DNA of 64,000 bases from Candidatus Bathyarchaeota archaeon. Lineage in GTDB: Archaea; Thermoproteota; Bathyarchaeia; Bathyarchaeales; Bathycorpusculaceae. Positions within the stretch are counted from its first letter, which is position 1, and every line of letters starts with the position of its first letter. A model generated the notes under the pieces. That model was not told the DNA's origin and did no database searches. It was given only the letters and a program-made list of their open reading frames with translations. The stretch is taken from NCBI GenBank assembly GCA_963770935.1, contig CAVYRJ010000001.1, positions 96,001 to 160,000 on the forward strand, in the 5' to 3' direction. A program made the position numbers and the translations under genes. Below, piece by piece: positions 29,824-41,722 of the stretch.

Positions 29824-30249
29824 TTATTTCTTCAATGCTTTCTTTGCAAGCTCTGGAGCTTCTTCTTTGTTCTTGCCGAAGAGTGCGCCGATTGCATCAG
29901 CGTCTTCTTTCTTAACTGCTGCGCCACCCATAATTATGCCGACTTTGTCTTTTAATCCTGCTGCTTTGAGTAATTCGTCGAGTTTTGCAATGTTGTTCTT
30001 TGCTGGAACTGTATTGACTGAAATTGCAATCAAGTTTGCATTGTTTTCTTTTGCTTTGTCAACGAAGACTTGTGGTGCAACACTCTTTCCGACGTCAATG
30101 GTTTTGAATCCTGCTCGTTTTAGTGACCTGCGGACTGCTTCTTTTGCAGTGTCATGCATGTCTGGTTCGATGTTTCCGATAACAACTATGCCGATTGGAT
30201 TCTCTGGTTCTGGAGGCTCTTTTTCCATCATAGATTTAAGCCAAGACAT
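29824..30249 (-). CDS. Stand-alone corrinoid (B12-binding) protein
   Basis: GNIEPDMHDTAK (DxHxxG variant), GFKTIDVG and MGGAAV. It lacks the helical cap domain. Confidence 0.85.
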   Translation of the reverse strand: MSWLKSMMEKEPPEPENPIGIVVIGNIEPDMHDTAKEAVRRSLKRAGFKTIDVGKSVAPQVFVDKAKENNANLIAISVNTVPAKNNIAKLDELLKAAGLKDKVGIIMGGAAVKKEDADAIGALFGKNKEEAPELAKKALKK

Positions 30250-30357
30250 TTAAACACCTTTGTTTTCCTTTTTGATACTCTGGGCTTTTTATACTCGAAT
30301 TTGATATTTAACCTTTTACCAACAATTCCAATGTAAGCATATTAAGCGGGAAAGTAA

Positions 30358-32785
30358 ATGCTCAAAGCAAACAAAACATACCTCTTATTACTGTTAATTT
30401 TTACTTTCTCATTCGTATACCGCTTGGTCTTGATGCTTTGGGACATTTTTCCCTCGGGCGCTGACATTGGCTTGCATAATAGCGTAATATACTCGATTAC
30501 TGGGTCTGGAAAGGTAGATTTGTTTTATAATTTTTATCATATGGGTGGTGGTTTGTCTCTTACTTTTCCAGGTTACCACTTTTTTGCTTCAACGATAATG
30601 CTAATGGCTGGTCTGCCAGAATATGTAGCGCACGCAGCCGTTGTCTCTTTGTTTTCAGCGTTGATTGTTTTAGCTGCTTTTTTGATAACTAGGCGTGTAT
30701 GGTCAGAGCCAGCTGCATTCATCGTAGCTTTTTTAGCTGCGATTTCACGCTTTGACATCGAAATGCTACTCTGGGGAGGCTACCCCAATGTCATAACATT
30801 GATGTTAATTCCTGTGATTTTCTATCTGTATTTGCAGAAAGACCGGTTTTCCATAACTCCCTTTTCTAGTTTCGACATCTATTCTTGCAGGATCAATATT
30901 TTTAACGCATTCTTTAAGCGCTGCAGTCTATGTAGGCATAACTGTTGTTACAGTGCTCTTTGTGCTAATTAGACCTAAACTGTTGGGCACAACGCGAAAA
31001 ACTGGCCTTTACTGGTTGCTACCGATTGTTCTTGGCGCTATCTTATTTTCCCCATTTTTAATTCAGGCTGTGCCCGCTTACCTGAATAGTAACTCGTCAT
31101 TATCTTCTGACCCTATAAGTTCAAATGCCATCAAATTGGCAACTGTTGCCTCCCGAGTTCTGCCGCTTGATTTAGTTTTACCACTTTTTGGTGTTATTGT
31201 TGGATTCATTGTTCTCTCAAAAAAATATGTTGGACGATTTCTTTGCTTGCCAACGTTTCTTTTATCCATGTGGCTTTTTGTGCCCCTCTTATTAACTCAA
31301 AGCTATTTGGTTGGATTCTCTGTTGATTACAACCGTTTTCTATATTTCTTAATTTTCCCATTAATTATTTTCGTAGCAGTAGTTATCGAGCATGGCTCAA
31401 GCTTCTTTGCCCATATAATAGTTACTTACAGAAGTTTAACAAGCCAAACCCAAAAAACTCTCAAGAAAGCCACTAGCAAGAAAATAGAGCTGCATTTACC
31501 AGATTTAACACACAGAAGTATCTATGCGGGGTTTACCCTATTTTTCATACTTTTCTCGTTCCTTGCACTTCCAATCTTCATGGGTCCTGTGTACAATACA
31601 GGTCAAACAATTCAAAAGTTCTATCAAACTATGGATAATCAGGGTTGGGAGGCAATTCAATGGGCAAAAACTAACACTCCTAAAGATTCAGTATTTGTTT
31701 CGGACGCGTTATATGGTTGGTGGTTTGGTGGGTTTGCCCAGCGACGGACCTATAGTGCTGTTGATCCACAGTATTTATCGATTAATGAGGAATACAATAA
31801 AACCCTGTTTGCCAGAAACCTCCTCGATACTGATTATTTGATTGATAACGGGTATTTCCAAGTAAGAGAAGACGGCGGATACCTTTCAAGGCATAATCCA
31901 GAGTTTCTGGCGCACATAAGGAATGATTATTTCCCCTATCCATTCTTCAACTTTGATAATGACGCTATTGTAGTTACGCTGCTTAACGAAGGAAAAAGTG
32001 AACGCATTAGTTTATCAAACGTTCCAGTTAAGGACATGCATTTGGAAGGCACTGCAAACTCGGAGTCAATTGTTGTTACCCATGGCAATAGCCTCTTCAA
32101 TTTCACTCAGACAATCACCATTTTCACAGGTTCAAACTCGACGGAAGAAACAAAGTTAGCTTCCTGTTTTGCTACTATGACTGAAAGCATCCGAACGGAC
32201 AACCCTGATGTTACTTTAGTTATGTTAGAGTTTGATTTACAAACAAAAGGAACAAATCCACCAGTAAAAGGTGAAGACAACTCCTATATTGGGCTAATAG
32301 ATATGGGCATGAAAACAATTGGAGAGTTGATTTTTTCAAACCAGTCACGTCCAGACCAAATTGTTACTCCTTCAGATAAAAATGCGCAAGATAACAATAT
32401 GTTTACACCGATAGAACTGTCTTATAGCCTTGATTCGAAAAAAAACATAGAGTTTAGCTATCACATAGGGGTCTACCAATACACCGATAACCAATTAGAT
32501 AGCATTCAAAAGGGAACATTGTCATTTGAGAAACTTATTAGAATCAATACCCAAGCGGTCCTTGCACAATTCTCAAATGTGCCGCCGCCAAAAGATTCTG
32601 GCTTTTATGTCTTTGATTATAAGCAACAAATGTCAACGTGGAACGTAACCTACATTGCAGTTCGCGATTTTGGTCACTTTCCCCGCTTTGCAAATGACCC
32701 AACGTTTAGCCTTGTATTTATTAACAGATTTGACAAAGCTATTGACAATGGAGTAGCCATCTTTAAGGCTAAAGGGGAACTTTAG
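30358..32785 (+). CDS. GT-C-fold-like multi-pass membrane protein with extracellular domain (frameshift near 30865)
   Basis: GADIGLH, WGGYPN and many TMs; AIQWAKTNTPKDSVFVSD, then a soluble domain ending VAIFK. Confidence 0.7.
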
Positions 32786-32794
32786 TCAAAAAGG

Positions 32795-35101
32795 GTGAAC
32801 ATTATCGCCTTAATGGATAAGTTTACAAGAGAGAAAAAAATCGAAATCGCATTCATCACTATTTTCTCAGTACTGATTATAGCCATTTTCTATTTTGTCA
32901 TATCAATGAACGGGGTAGTATTAGGGAATGATCCAGCCGTTCACTTAGAAAAAGCCAAGATCTTTCTAGAAACAGGAAAAATACCTTTAGTCAATTTAGG
33001 TTGGACACCACCACTCTATGAGATTGTGCTTGCAATGTTTATTTCTCTAAGCGGCGCAAGCGACATTGGTCAACTGATTTTTATGGTTAAGGTGTTAACT
33101 GTGATTGTCAATTGGCTTATGTTCATGGCTGTTTATTTAATTGGCAGCAGATTTTTTAGCAAAAAAATTGGGGCTGTAGCGGCAGTTTTGTTGTTAATGT
33201 GTTTTCCCATATACGAACTTAATCAGTGGGGTGGACAAACAACCGTTTTGGGAATAGCTTTCTTGATGTTACTTCTTCTTTACTTGCCTTTGTCAATTGA
33301 GAAATTCGGGTATTTACTAGTTACTTTTTTTGTTGCTTTTTCCGTGGTGTTGTCTCATCAACTTGCCACTTTCCTTGCGGTTCTAATTCTTCCACCTATT
33401 CTGATTTATTTGTTGATAAAATCCAGAGGAGCTTACCTCAAAGTCTTAATAGCATTAATCGTTGGAGGTGGCATAGCGTTTTTCCTCTATTACTTCCAAG
33501 CCATGATAGGTTATGTCGACATAATCATTGAGCACCTATTTTTCAGTCAAAAAACCTATGCTTACCAGATTGGAGCTGCAAGCCTTAATTCGTTCATAGT
33601 TAATTTCGGCTTCATCTTAATTCTCTGTTTAGGCGGATTTTTCCTCGCTTTTAAAACGTTAAGAGCATCCAAAAAAACGGCTTTCTATATAGTATTATTT
33701 TTCAGTTTCTTAGTACCATTTGTTCTATCAGAATCAAATGTTTTTGGGTTGTACCTACCCTTCCAATGGTTTATTTATTATTTGACTCCACCAATGGCGG
33801 TTTTAGCAGCGGTTTCAGTGGATTTCTTGGCCGAAAAAGTACCAGTTTTTTATGCAAAGCACAGGACAAGTTACCGCAAGAATTGGGTAAAAGCAGTCAC
33901 AATTTTTCTGATTGTTTTGGTCTCGTTGGTAATTGTTGTTCGCGCGGGTACTGTATATGGTAAAATCATGGAAGCCAGCGTTTTCTACTCAACCACCGAC
34001 ATTAAAGCATATGACGCAGGCATTTGGTTAAGAGACAATTATGCTGACAATACCAAAATTGTGGCAACTGAAGTTCCCGGCTTTTGGTTTCAAGAGTTTT
34101 CAGATAAGAACGTGATTGCCCAAACCAACCCCATAATAGAAAGAAACACAATCGCCGAATCTGTTTTGACTTTATCTTATGAATTTGAGCATCCGAAAAC
34201 TTTGGTTAAGGCATACGAAGCTAAAGGTGACATTTCCGATGAAAACTATGTTTCATTAAACAATGTTTGGGAGCGTATCTCATACTCATCTGCGAGTGGC
34301 AACAAATTGTCATTTACCCAAGATGGAATAGACTATAAAATTTGGCTCTCAACTTTAAGTAAACAGATAATTTTTAATGACCAAAACCCTTCAAAAAAGA
34401 TAGAGCTTGTTTATTCCAATGAAAACATATCTTTAACAGAGACAGTGCTTGTCCAAAATATCACTTACCCACTCATTGTTTCATGGACGTTAACGCCCCT
34501 AAAGAGTGAAGTTACCAATGCCTCATTGTACCTGAGTACTTTTTTTGATCTCCAATTCAGATTCGACAAAGCCCAAATTCTACAGTTACTGGATTGGGTA
34601 AATCCATGGAGTGCACCTGAATCCATACGAACCGTTGGACCAGACTGGGCAGTGGCTAACTTCTCAGCTACAGACTTGAAAGATAATTATCTTGGTCTAT
34701 ACGACGACACAAACAACTTAGCTTTCGCGTTTAAGTTTAATGACTTACCTGATTGGGGAAACATCGGCGCATTGGAGAACAGACAGATTGATGCGGTAAG
34801 GTTCCAGTACCAATTCAAGGACCTAAACGTAAATCAAACTGATTCGCGTTCGTATCAGGTTCTTACTTTGTCAAAAAACAGCTTTTCACAATTGCAGCCG
34901 GAATCATTGATAGAATTATTTGACTTCAAATCTAGTGAATTTACAGTGGTTTCTCGCGATTTTAGAGACTATATCAAGGAAAATGAAATTGGATTTATTG
35001 TTTACGATCGAAACCAGCTAGACATTCAAATGGTCCACAGCAAACTCCTGCAGCTAATCTACTCAAATGATCGATATGCAATATTCAAAATTATAAAATA
35101 A
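32795..35101 (+). CDS. GT-C-fold-like multi-pass membrane protein (paralog)
   Basis: GNDPAVH, QWGG, about 12 TMs, WLRDNY and C-terminal LIYSNDRYAIFK. Confidence 0.72.
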   Translation: MNIIALMDKFTREKKIEIAFITIFSVLIIAIFYFVISMNGVVLGNDPAVHLEKAKIFLETGKIPLVNLGWTPPLYEIVLAMFISLSGASDIGQLIFMVKVLTVIVNWLMFMAVYLIGSRFFSKKIGAVAAVLLLMCFPIYELNQWGGQTTVLGIAFLMLLLLYLPLSIEKFGYLLVTFFVAFSVVLSHQLATFLAVLILPPILIYLLIKSRGAYLKVLIALIVGGGIAFFLYYFQAMIGYVDIIIEHLFFSQKTYAYQIGAASLNSFIVNFGFILILCLGGFFLAFKTLRASKKTAFYIVLFFSFLVPFVLSESNVFGLYLPFQWFIYYLTPPMAVLAAVSVDFLAEKVPVFYAKHRTSYRKNWVKAVTIFLIVLVSLVIVVRAGTVYGKIMEASVFYSTTDIKAYDAGIWLRDNYADNTKIVATEVPGFWFQEFSDKNVIAQTNPIIERNTIAESVLTLSYEFEHPKTLVKAYEAKGDISDENYVSLNNVWERISYSSASGNKLSFTQDGIDYKIWLSTLSKQIIFNDQNPSKKIELVYSNENISLTETVLVQNITYPLIVSWTLTPLKSEVTNASLYLSTFFDLQFRFDKAQILQLLDWVNPWSAPESIRTVGPDWAVANFSATDLKDNYLGLYDDTNNLAFAFKFNDLPDWGNIGALENRQIDAVRFQYQFKDLNVNQTDSRSYQVLTLSKNSFSQLQPESLIELFDFKSSEFTVVSRDFRDYIKENEIGFIVYDRNQLDIQMVHSKLLQLIYSNDRYAIFKIIK

Positions 35102-35179
35102 TCAGCTTTTTCCCAAAAATATGGTGCTGGGAAATAAGATAGCCTCCTAATATATAGCCCCATTTTTGAAAACAGTTTT

Positions 35180-36631
35180 TTAGAAATTATTTTTGGTTTT
35201 TTGGAACAACTCAATTATGTATTGGTTGACGGTTTTCTGGTGGTCTTTCGCGATCCTTTGTATGGCGTTGTTTATTCCTGTTGAGTACTGCACAGCTTTC
35301 TTGGGTTTTTCTATGATGAAGTTTGGCAATCCGACATTGAAAGCGACTTTTCTCAACACAAGCTTACGGAGAGTGTTGGTTTTGTTTTCGATTTTTAGTT
35401 CAATAGGCAAACCAAGCGCAAACTCTGCCAAATCAAAAGAGCCAAAAGGCACCCGCAATTCGACATCATGAAAACTGGTAATTTTCAAGTCGCGTTCAAG
35501 GTTGCTCTCATGAATCCTGACTACATCGTTAAACATGGTTTTTCTTACTTTTTCGGTTCCATCTTTACAACATTCGTTCACGTAGCGCTGGTAGCCTCCA
35601 AACAACTCATCGGCGCCCTGACCAGCCAACATCACCTTGAAATCTGACTCAGCCGCTTTTTCTGCAACCCAATAAAATGATACACCGATGCTTGCCTTCA
35701 CTGGATCTGCTTCCTCGATTAACTCGACCACTTTAGGCAACGTTTTCTCGACGTCAGAGTCTTTAAATAAATCCACCTGCAAAGGCAAATTCAACGCTTC
35801 CGCGGCTTTGATGGCAACTTCGGTTTCCGCTTGATTCTCCAAACTCACGTGCAACAAGTTAACTTTGACGCCGCATTTGTTTATCAAAAAAGCTACCAAG
35901 CTACTGTCTAAGCCCCCCGAAAACGCTACGGCAACCTCCTTTAAGCCGTTTATCCTCCGCTGGATGGACTGTTCAAGAAGGGCTTGAAGCGTTTTGGCGG
36001 CGTCATCCATTTTTATTGGTTTAGGTTCTGTGTAAGTTAGTGTTTTGACAGGTTTGAACTTGAAGCCTTCTTTGTTGACAAGCGCCAAATTTCCCGGTGG
36101 AAAAGACAGGGGAGTTTCTATTCCGAGTTTCCAGAGGGCTTTTCTGTTTGTGGCAAAAGCTGCGATATCTCTGTTTTCGCCAAAATAGAGTGGTTGAACT
36201 CCTATTGGATCTCTTCCGGCTGCAATCCAGCCCTCCTTGAGCATTAGGATGGCATAGTCTCCATCTGCTTGCTCTATTAATGTCTGCAGGCTTGCCTCGC
36301 AGTAAAGTGGCGCTTTCGCAACCTGCTCCATGAATGCTGTTTTTGGAGTGGGCGAATAAACTCTACCCTCTAAGAGAACAGCGGCATCATCCAATTGCAA
36401 TTGTTCATAGTCGCTGTTCGATTTGGGTTTAGAGGTAACATAGCCTACTGCAGTTGACGATTTTACGCCCTGTTTTTTGATGATTTCAACGTTCTTTTCA
36501 AACAGGCTTTTCTTTGGGGTAATTAACCCAAAACGCGGCGGCGCGAAAACTTCAAACGAGTTTAACAAGTTAAGAACCCTTTCAACTGCGCTATCGCCGT
36601 TTTTATTTAAAACCGCAACTGTAACTTTCAT
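35180..36631 (-). CDS. asnB: Asparagine synthetase B-like protein (N-terminal catalytic Cys absent)
   Basis: RDPIGVQPLY, FSGGLDSS, GQGADELFGGY and KKAVQYSTG; the protein begins MKVTV rather than MCG. Confidence 0.8.
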   Translation of the reverse strand: MKVTVAVLNKNGDSAVERVLNLLNSFEVFAPPRFGLITPKKSLFEKNVEIIKKQGVKSSTAVGYVTSKPKSNSDYEQLQLDDAAVLLEGRVYSPTPKTAFMEQVAKAPLYCEASLQTLIEQADGDYAILMLKEGWIAAGRDPIGVQPLYFGENRDIAAFATNRKALWKLGIETPLSFPPGNLALVNKEGFKFKPVKTLTYTEPKPIKMDDAAKTLQALLEQSIQRRINGLKEVAVAFSGGLDSSLVAFLINKCGVKVNLLHVSLENQAETEVAIKAAEALNLPLQVDLFKDSDVEKTLPKVVELIEEADPVKASIGVSFYWVAEKAAESDFKVMLAGQGADELFGGYQRYVNECCKDGTEKVRKTMFNDVVRIHESNLERDLKITSFHDVELRVPFGSFDLAEFALGLPIELKIENKTNTLRKLVLRKVAFNVGLPNFIIEKPKKAVQYSTGINNAIQRIAKDHQKTVNQYIIELFQKTKNNF

Positions 36632-36725
36632 GCTTCAAACACCAAGATTCTATTTGCATTGTGTTAGTGCATTGGTAAAACATTAATCTTTAATCTGCGT
36701 AACAATTCGTTGAGGTTACACATAC

Positions 36726-38063
36726 TTGCCTATCCTTCCAATCGATACTGGCCGTTATGGAACGCCAGACATGCTTAAGATTTTTGAAGAAGAGACCCGC
36801 GTCCAGAAGCTGCTGGATGTTGAAGCGGCTTTGGCTTTGGCGCATGCTGAAGTCGGTAACATTTCACGAAAGGATGCTGAAAAAATCGCCGAGATGGCAT
36901 CCACCAAATATGTGAAAGTTGAACGCGTGAAAGCAATTGAGAAAGAGATTAAGCACGACATTGCCTCGCTGGTTCGAGCTCTCTCTGAGCAGTGTGGTAC
37001 CAGTGGTGCATATGTGCATCTTGGAGCGACAAGTTACGACATCGTAGACACAGCCAATGCCCTGCAACTTAAAGATGCCTTGGCCGTAATCGAGAGAAAA
37101 CTTAACGATTTCAAAGCCATCCTACAAAAACAAGCGTTCCTGCACAAAAGTACGGTTATGATTGGCAGAACCCATGGACAGCACGCTTTGCCAATTACGT
37201 TGGGCTTCAAATTCGCCGTTTGGGGATACGAAGTCAACAGACACCTTGAACGGATTGATGAATGCAAGAAACGGGTATTAGCGGGCAAAGTCAGCGGCGC
37301 CGTCGGCACACAAGCAGGTTTAGGAGATCACGCCGAGCAAATCCAGGAGCTTGTAATGACACGTTTGGGCTTGCAGGCTGCAGAGATATCCACGCAGATT
37401 GTCCAACGTGACCGCTACGCCGAATTGATTTCCATTTACGCAATGGTGGCTTCTTCGCTGGAGAACTTTGCAACCGAAATCCGCGAGCTTCAACGCCCCG
37501 AAATCGCCGAAGTCTTCGAATCCTTCGAAGCTAAAAAGCAGGTGGGAAGCTCTACGATGCCTCACAAGCAGAACCCTGAGACATGCGAGCGCGTCTGCGG
37601 TTTAGCAAGAATTGTCCGAAGTCTCAGCACACCAGCCATGGAGGATATGGTTACATGGCACGAACGCGACTTAACCCAGTCTTCAGCCGAACGCTTTATC
37701 CTGCCCGAATCAAACATACTGCTCGATTACCTGCTTAACCTCATGTGCAACATCGTGACCAACTTGAGGGTTGACAGCGAACGTATGCTAGCGAATCTAT
37801 CGATTACTCAGGGACGCGCAATGTCGGAAGCCGTCATGATGACACTGGCAAAGAAGGGCGTAAACAGGCAAGAAGCCCATGAACTTTTGCGGCAGCTAAC
37901 TATCCAAAGCGCAGTCGAGAAGAAACCGTTTAAGCATATTCTACAAGAAGACAAACTCATAAGCAAAACGCTAAGTGTAAAAGAAATCGACAAGGCTCTG
38001 GATCCAAAAAACTATTTGGGAACCGCGGTTAAACAGGCGGAAAAATTCGCTAAAAGCGCTTAG
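36726..38063 (+). CDS. purB: Adenylosuccinate lyase
   Basis: HLGATSYD, GRTHGQHA, GSSTMPHKQNP and WHERDLT. Confidence 0.95.
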   Translation: MPILPIDTGRYGTPDMLKIFEEETRVQKLLDVEAALALAHAEVGNISRKDAEKIAEMASTKYVKVERVKAIEKEIKHDIASLVRALSEQCGTSGAYVHLGATSYDIVDTANALQLKDALAVIERKLNDFKAILQKQAFLHKSTVMIGRTHGQHALPITLGFKFAVWGYEVNRHLERIDECKKRVLAGKVSGAVGTQAGLGDHAEQIQELVMTRLGLQAAEISTQIVQRDRYAELISIYAMVASSLENFATEIRELQRPEIAEVFESFEAKKQVGSSTMPHKQNPETCERVCGLARIVRSLSTPAMEDMVTWHERDLTQSSAERFILPESNILLDYLLNLMCNIVTNLRVDSERMLANLSITQGRAMSEAVMMTLAKKGVNRQEAHELLRQLTIQSAVEKKPFKHILQEDKLISKTLSVKEIDKALDPKNYLGTAVKQAEKFAKSA

Positions 38064-40337
38064 AAATCAAACAAGCCCTTCTGCTCGGCTTCATCTGGCG
38101 CTTTTGCCAGGTTTTCCCATGTTTCCTTCTTGACAAAACCACCGACTTGCTCCTTGATTTTCTTCGCTAATCTCGGACCCACAGAAGGCAGATTGGTTAG
38201 GTCTTCGACTTGGGCGTGTTTAAGGTCTTCTATGGTTTTGTATCCGGCATTGAATATTATACGTCCTCGGACTCTGCCCACACCCTCCAGCGCCACTATG
38301 GGTAGCAGCTCACGTTTTATGCCTTTGGAAACCCTTTCCACAAGCTCATGGCACAGCGAGGAAACTTCCTTGTTTTTGGCGACGACAGGCGAGAGTTCGT
38401 CTATGGCGTGCAATAGCCACTTGGCAGTTTCGATGGTGCGGTAGAGATCTCCGGGTTGCACACTGAAGCGTTCTATGATTTTTTCTTCCGGCAACTCCTC
38501 TATCCAGTTGTTCATAACCATGCCGGTTTTGACCTCGCCTAGAAAATCTGCGTAGCCGATATGGTCGCTCCATTGATCGGGGATTTCTATGAAGAGTTCC
38601 TGTTTGTGGTCTTCAGTTTGCACTGCGAGCGCATCCATTTCCCGCTGGTATGGGCGCATGATTGGACCCATGTCGGGCGTGTGGGAAACCAGGTGGAGTA
38701 GGCTAAACTCGGTCAAGATAGGTGGGTTGATCTGTAGTGCGTCGCGAATTATTACGCCTGAGAGTGGGTCGATGTAGAGTTCGCTTATACGTTTGCCAAA
38801 TTTAGTGGGAAGGATGTGGTCTCCGGCAACAAGAATCATTTCTTCGTCGTGGAGAAAACGAAGGATTTTGTCGATGATGCTTTTAATTGCCTTTACGTCG
38901 AATTGATAGGCGTAGAAGGTTTTGCCGAAAAACTCATAGATGCCACGTTCCGTGTCAGCGTAACCTGAGGCAATCGTTGAAAGCACGTGTGTTCGGATGA
39001 TTCTCTCCACAGCTAGGCGGGACCAGATTTTCTCTGTTTTTGCCAAAACATAGTTTTCCATGAGGAAGTCGGCTTCGTCTGCGGTTTTAGCGATTAAGAC
39101 TGATTCGCCAAATTTGTCGTATTTTGGTCTGCCCGCCCGTCCAGCCATCTGCTTGTAATCCAAGACGCTAATAGGGTAGTTGCCCAATCCAGCTTCAAAG
39201 CGCCGATAGTCTTGGATTATGACTGTTCTTGCGGGAAGATTGACGCCCCAAGCTAAGGTGGGCGTAGCAGTTAAGACTTTGATTTTTCGTTCTTTAAAGG
39301 CATCTTCGACGACTTTGCGGTGTGCCCCTGAAAGTCCAGCGTGATGATAAGCCGTGGCACAGCGAACCAACTCGGAAAGCTCCTCGCTCATCCCAGTACG
39401 TTCGCCCGCGTCAAGGATTTTTTTTGCTTCTTCGTCAAGAACCTTCCTTATATACTCCTCGTGGGAGCGTTTAACCAATTTTGAGCCTGATTTCTGGTAA
39501 AGCGCCTTATCCATGTGGCTGGCGACGGTTTTAGCCGCGGAAACCGCGTTGCGCCGTGTGGAAGCAAAAATCAGGGCTTGTCCCCCGTTCTTAAGTGTGT
39601 CTAAAACCATATTTATGACGGTTAAGCGGGTTTCCTGCTCCACCTTCCTTGAGGAGCCATCCTTGTACTGCACTTCAGCTTGAAGCATGACGCCTTCTTT
39701 TAGGTTAATGGGGCGCCACTCGGTAACGATGTATTTGGCGTTAAGCCACCCTGCGATTTCATCCACGTTGTTTATGGTGGCGCTTAGAGCTAAGATTTGG
39801 ATGTGAGGGTTAACCTGCATCAGACGCGCCAACACAATCTCCAATGTTGGACCCCGCCCACCATCGTTTAAGAGGTGAACTTCGTCGGCAACCACCAATG
39901 AAATGTTATCCATCCATTTAGCACGGTGACGTAACAGTGAATCTGCTTTCTCGTTGGTGGTAACAATGATGTCATAACGTTCAAGCCAGTTGTCGGCGCT
40001 GTCAAAATCCCCAGTGCTGATACCCACAGAAACCCTTCCACCATCCAGGTTTCATGATGGAAGTGTACTTCTTGAAATCCTCAAACTTCTCACTTGCCAG
40101 GGCGCGGAGCGGAGAAAGGTAAATGACTTTGCCGCCCCTCTCGAGCACATGTTTGAGAGCACAGAGTTCAGCAATCAAGGTTTTACCCGAGGCGGTTGGG
40201 CTAGCAAGAACCATGTTTCTTCCCTCTAAGACTCCTGCTAGTACGCAATCTTCTTGCGGTGGAAACAACTCTGCAATTCCTAAGCTAAGCAGGACTTCTT
40301 TTACGGATTCTGGCACAACCAACTCTGCAATCTTCAA
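38060..40337 (-). CDS. hel308: Hel308/Hjm Ski2-like DNA helicase (frameshift near 40030)
   Basis: PTASGKT, PLRALASEK, DEVH, LSAT, HHAGL, GVNLPA and QMAGRAGRP; C-terminal HhH. Confidence 0.92.
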
Positions 40338-40496
40338 ATTTTTCTCGCCAACACTAATTATTTTATCAATATTGAACATGCTAATTAATAGTATTAGCTG
40401 TAAAGGAAACGATTTTCAGCTACGTTTTTCTATTTGAACTTGATATTAGCAAAGTAACGAGTTTATCTGTCCCAAAAATTTTAGGTAGGATACTGT

Positions 40497-41720
40497 ATGG
40501 TTGAAAACGTGAAAGAACTCCTCAAGCTGCATGAGGGCATTAGGCATGAAGTCTACTTAGACAATGAAAACAGCTGCATTGTTCCCAAAGAAGTGATAGA
40601 CGCAATGCTGCCGTACTTTAACAAGATCGCCTATGGCAACCCAACCCTTACGCATAAACCCGGCTGGGAAGCCTTCGAAGTCATAATGAACAGCTTCCAA
40701 AAAATCTCAAGGTACATAGGCGCAAAGAATCTTGAAGACATAACGTTTACCCCAAGCGAAACCGAAGCCAACAACCTAGCCATCATGGGCTCATGCTTCT
40801 CGCAGAAGGGCAAAGGCAAAAAAATTGTAATCTCAGAAATAGAACCTATCAATGTATTACAAGTGGCAGAGATGATGGAAAAATTCGGTTTTTCAACCAC
40901 CAAAATCCCAGTCAATAATGAAGGATTAATCAATCTAGAAAAACTCAAAGAAGCAGTCGATAACGAAACCGTGTTAGTCAGCATCTCAGCAGTAAATAAC
41001 GAACTGGGTACCATCCAACCCATTAAAGAAGCTGTAGACATCGTTAAATCCAAAACGCCCCAAGCACTCTTTCATACTGACGCATCTGACGCCTACGGTA
41101 GAATTCCATTTAACGTACAGGACCTGAATGTGGATTTGGCCACTGTAAGTAGCTATAAGATTCAGGGTCCACGCGGTATGGGGGCATTTTACCTCAGGGA
41201 TGGTGTAAACATGGAAAGAATCCTTGAAGGGCAAATCGGAACCCAAAAACTCTGGCCAGGCATCGAAAACACACCCTTAATCGTCGGCTTCACCAAAGCG
41301 TCCGAGCTGGCTTTTGAGAATTTTGAGGCAAACACTACCAAAATGAGAAACCTCCGAGACAAGTTGGTAGATGGAATATTCAATGAACTCGGTGACCTAA
41401 GATTCAACGGTCCAAAGGGCACCAAACGCTCTCCCGACAACGCTAACATAAGCATACTTCGAGCAGAAGGTGAAGCATTAACCATTGAACTCAGCCTCAA
41501 AGGTATATACGTTTCAAGTGGAAGCGCTTGTAGCAGAAGATTATTGCAGCCCAGCCACGTTCTCATCGCTATCGGACGCATATTTGAGGAAGCACATGGC
41601 AGTATACTTATGAAAGTAACCCGCAGCCACACAGAAGAGGATATAGCCTACGTTCTCAGTGTTTTACCTACAGCTGTCAACCGTATTAGGGGGATAGTTG
41701 GCTCAACAGGAGTTCATTAA
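40497..41720 (+). CDS. iscS: Cysteine desulfurase, IscS/NifS (group I)
   Basis: YLDN, GNP, NNELGTIQP, HTDA, SSYKIQGP (PLP Lys) and SSGSACS. Confidence 0.88.
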   Translation: MVENVKELLKLHEGIRHEVYLDNENSCIVPKEVIDAMLPYFNKIAYGNPTLTHKPGWEAFEVIMNSFQKISRYIGAKNLEDITFTPSETEANNLAIMGSCFSQKGKGKKIVISEIEPINVLQVAEMMEKFGFSTTKIPVNNEGLINLEKLKEAVDNETVLVSISAVNNELGTIQPIKEAVDIVKSKTPQALFHTDASDAYGRIPFNVQDLNVDLATVSSYKIQGPRGMGAFYLRDGVNMERILEGQIGTQKLWPGIENTPLIVGFTKASELAFENFEANTTKMRNLRDKLVDGIFNELGDLRFNGPKGTKRSPDNANISILRAEGEALTIELSLKGIYVSSGSACSRRLLQPSHVLIAIGRIFEEAHGSILMKVTRSHTEEDIAYVLSVLPTAVNRIRGIVGSTGVH

Positions 41721-41722
41721 GT

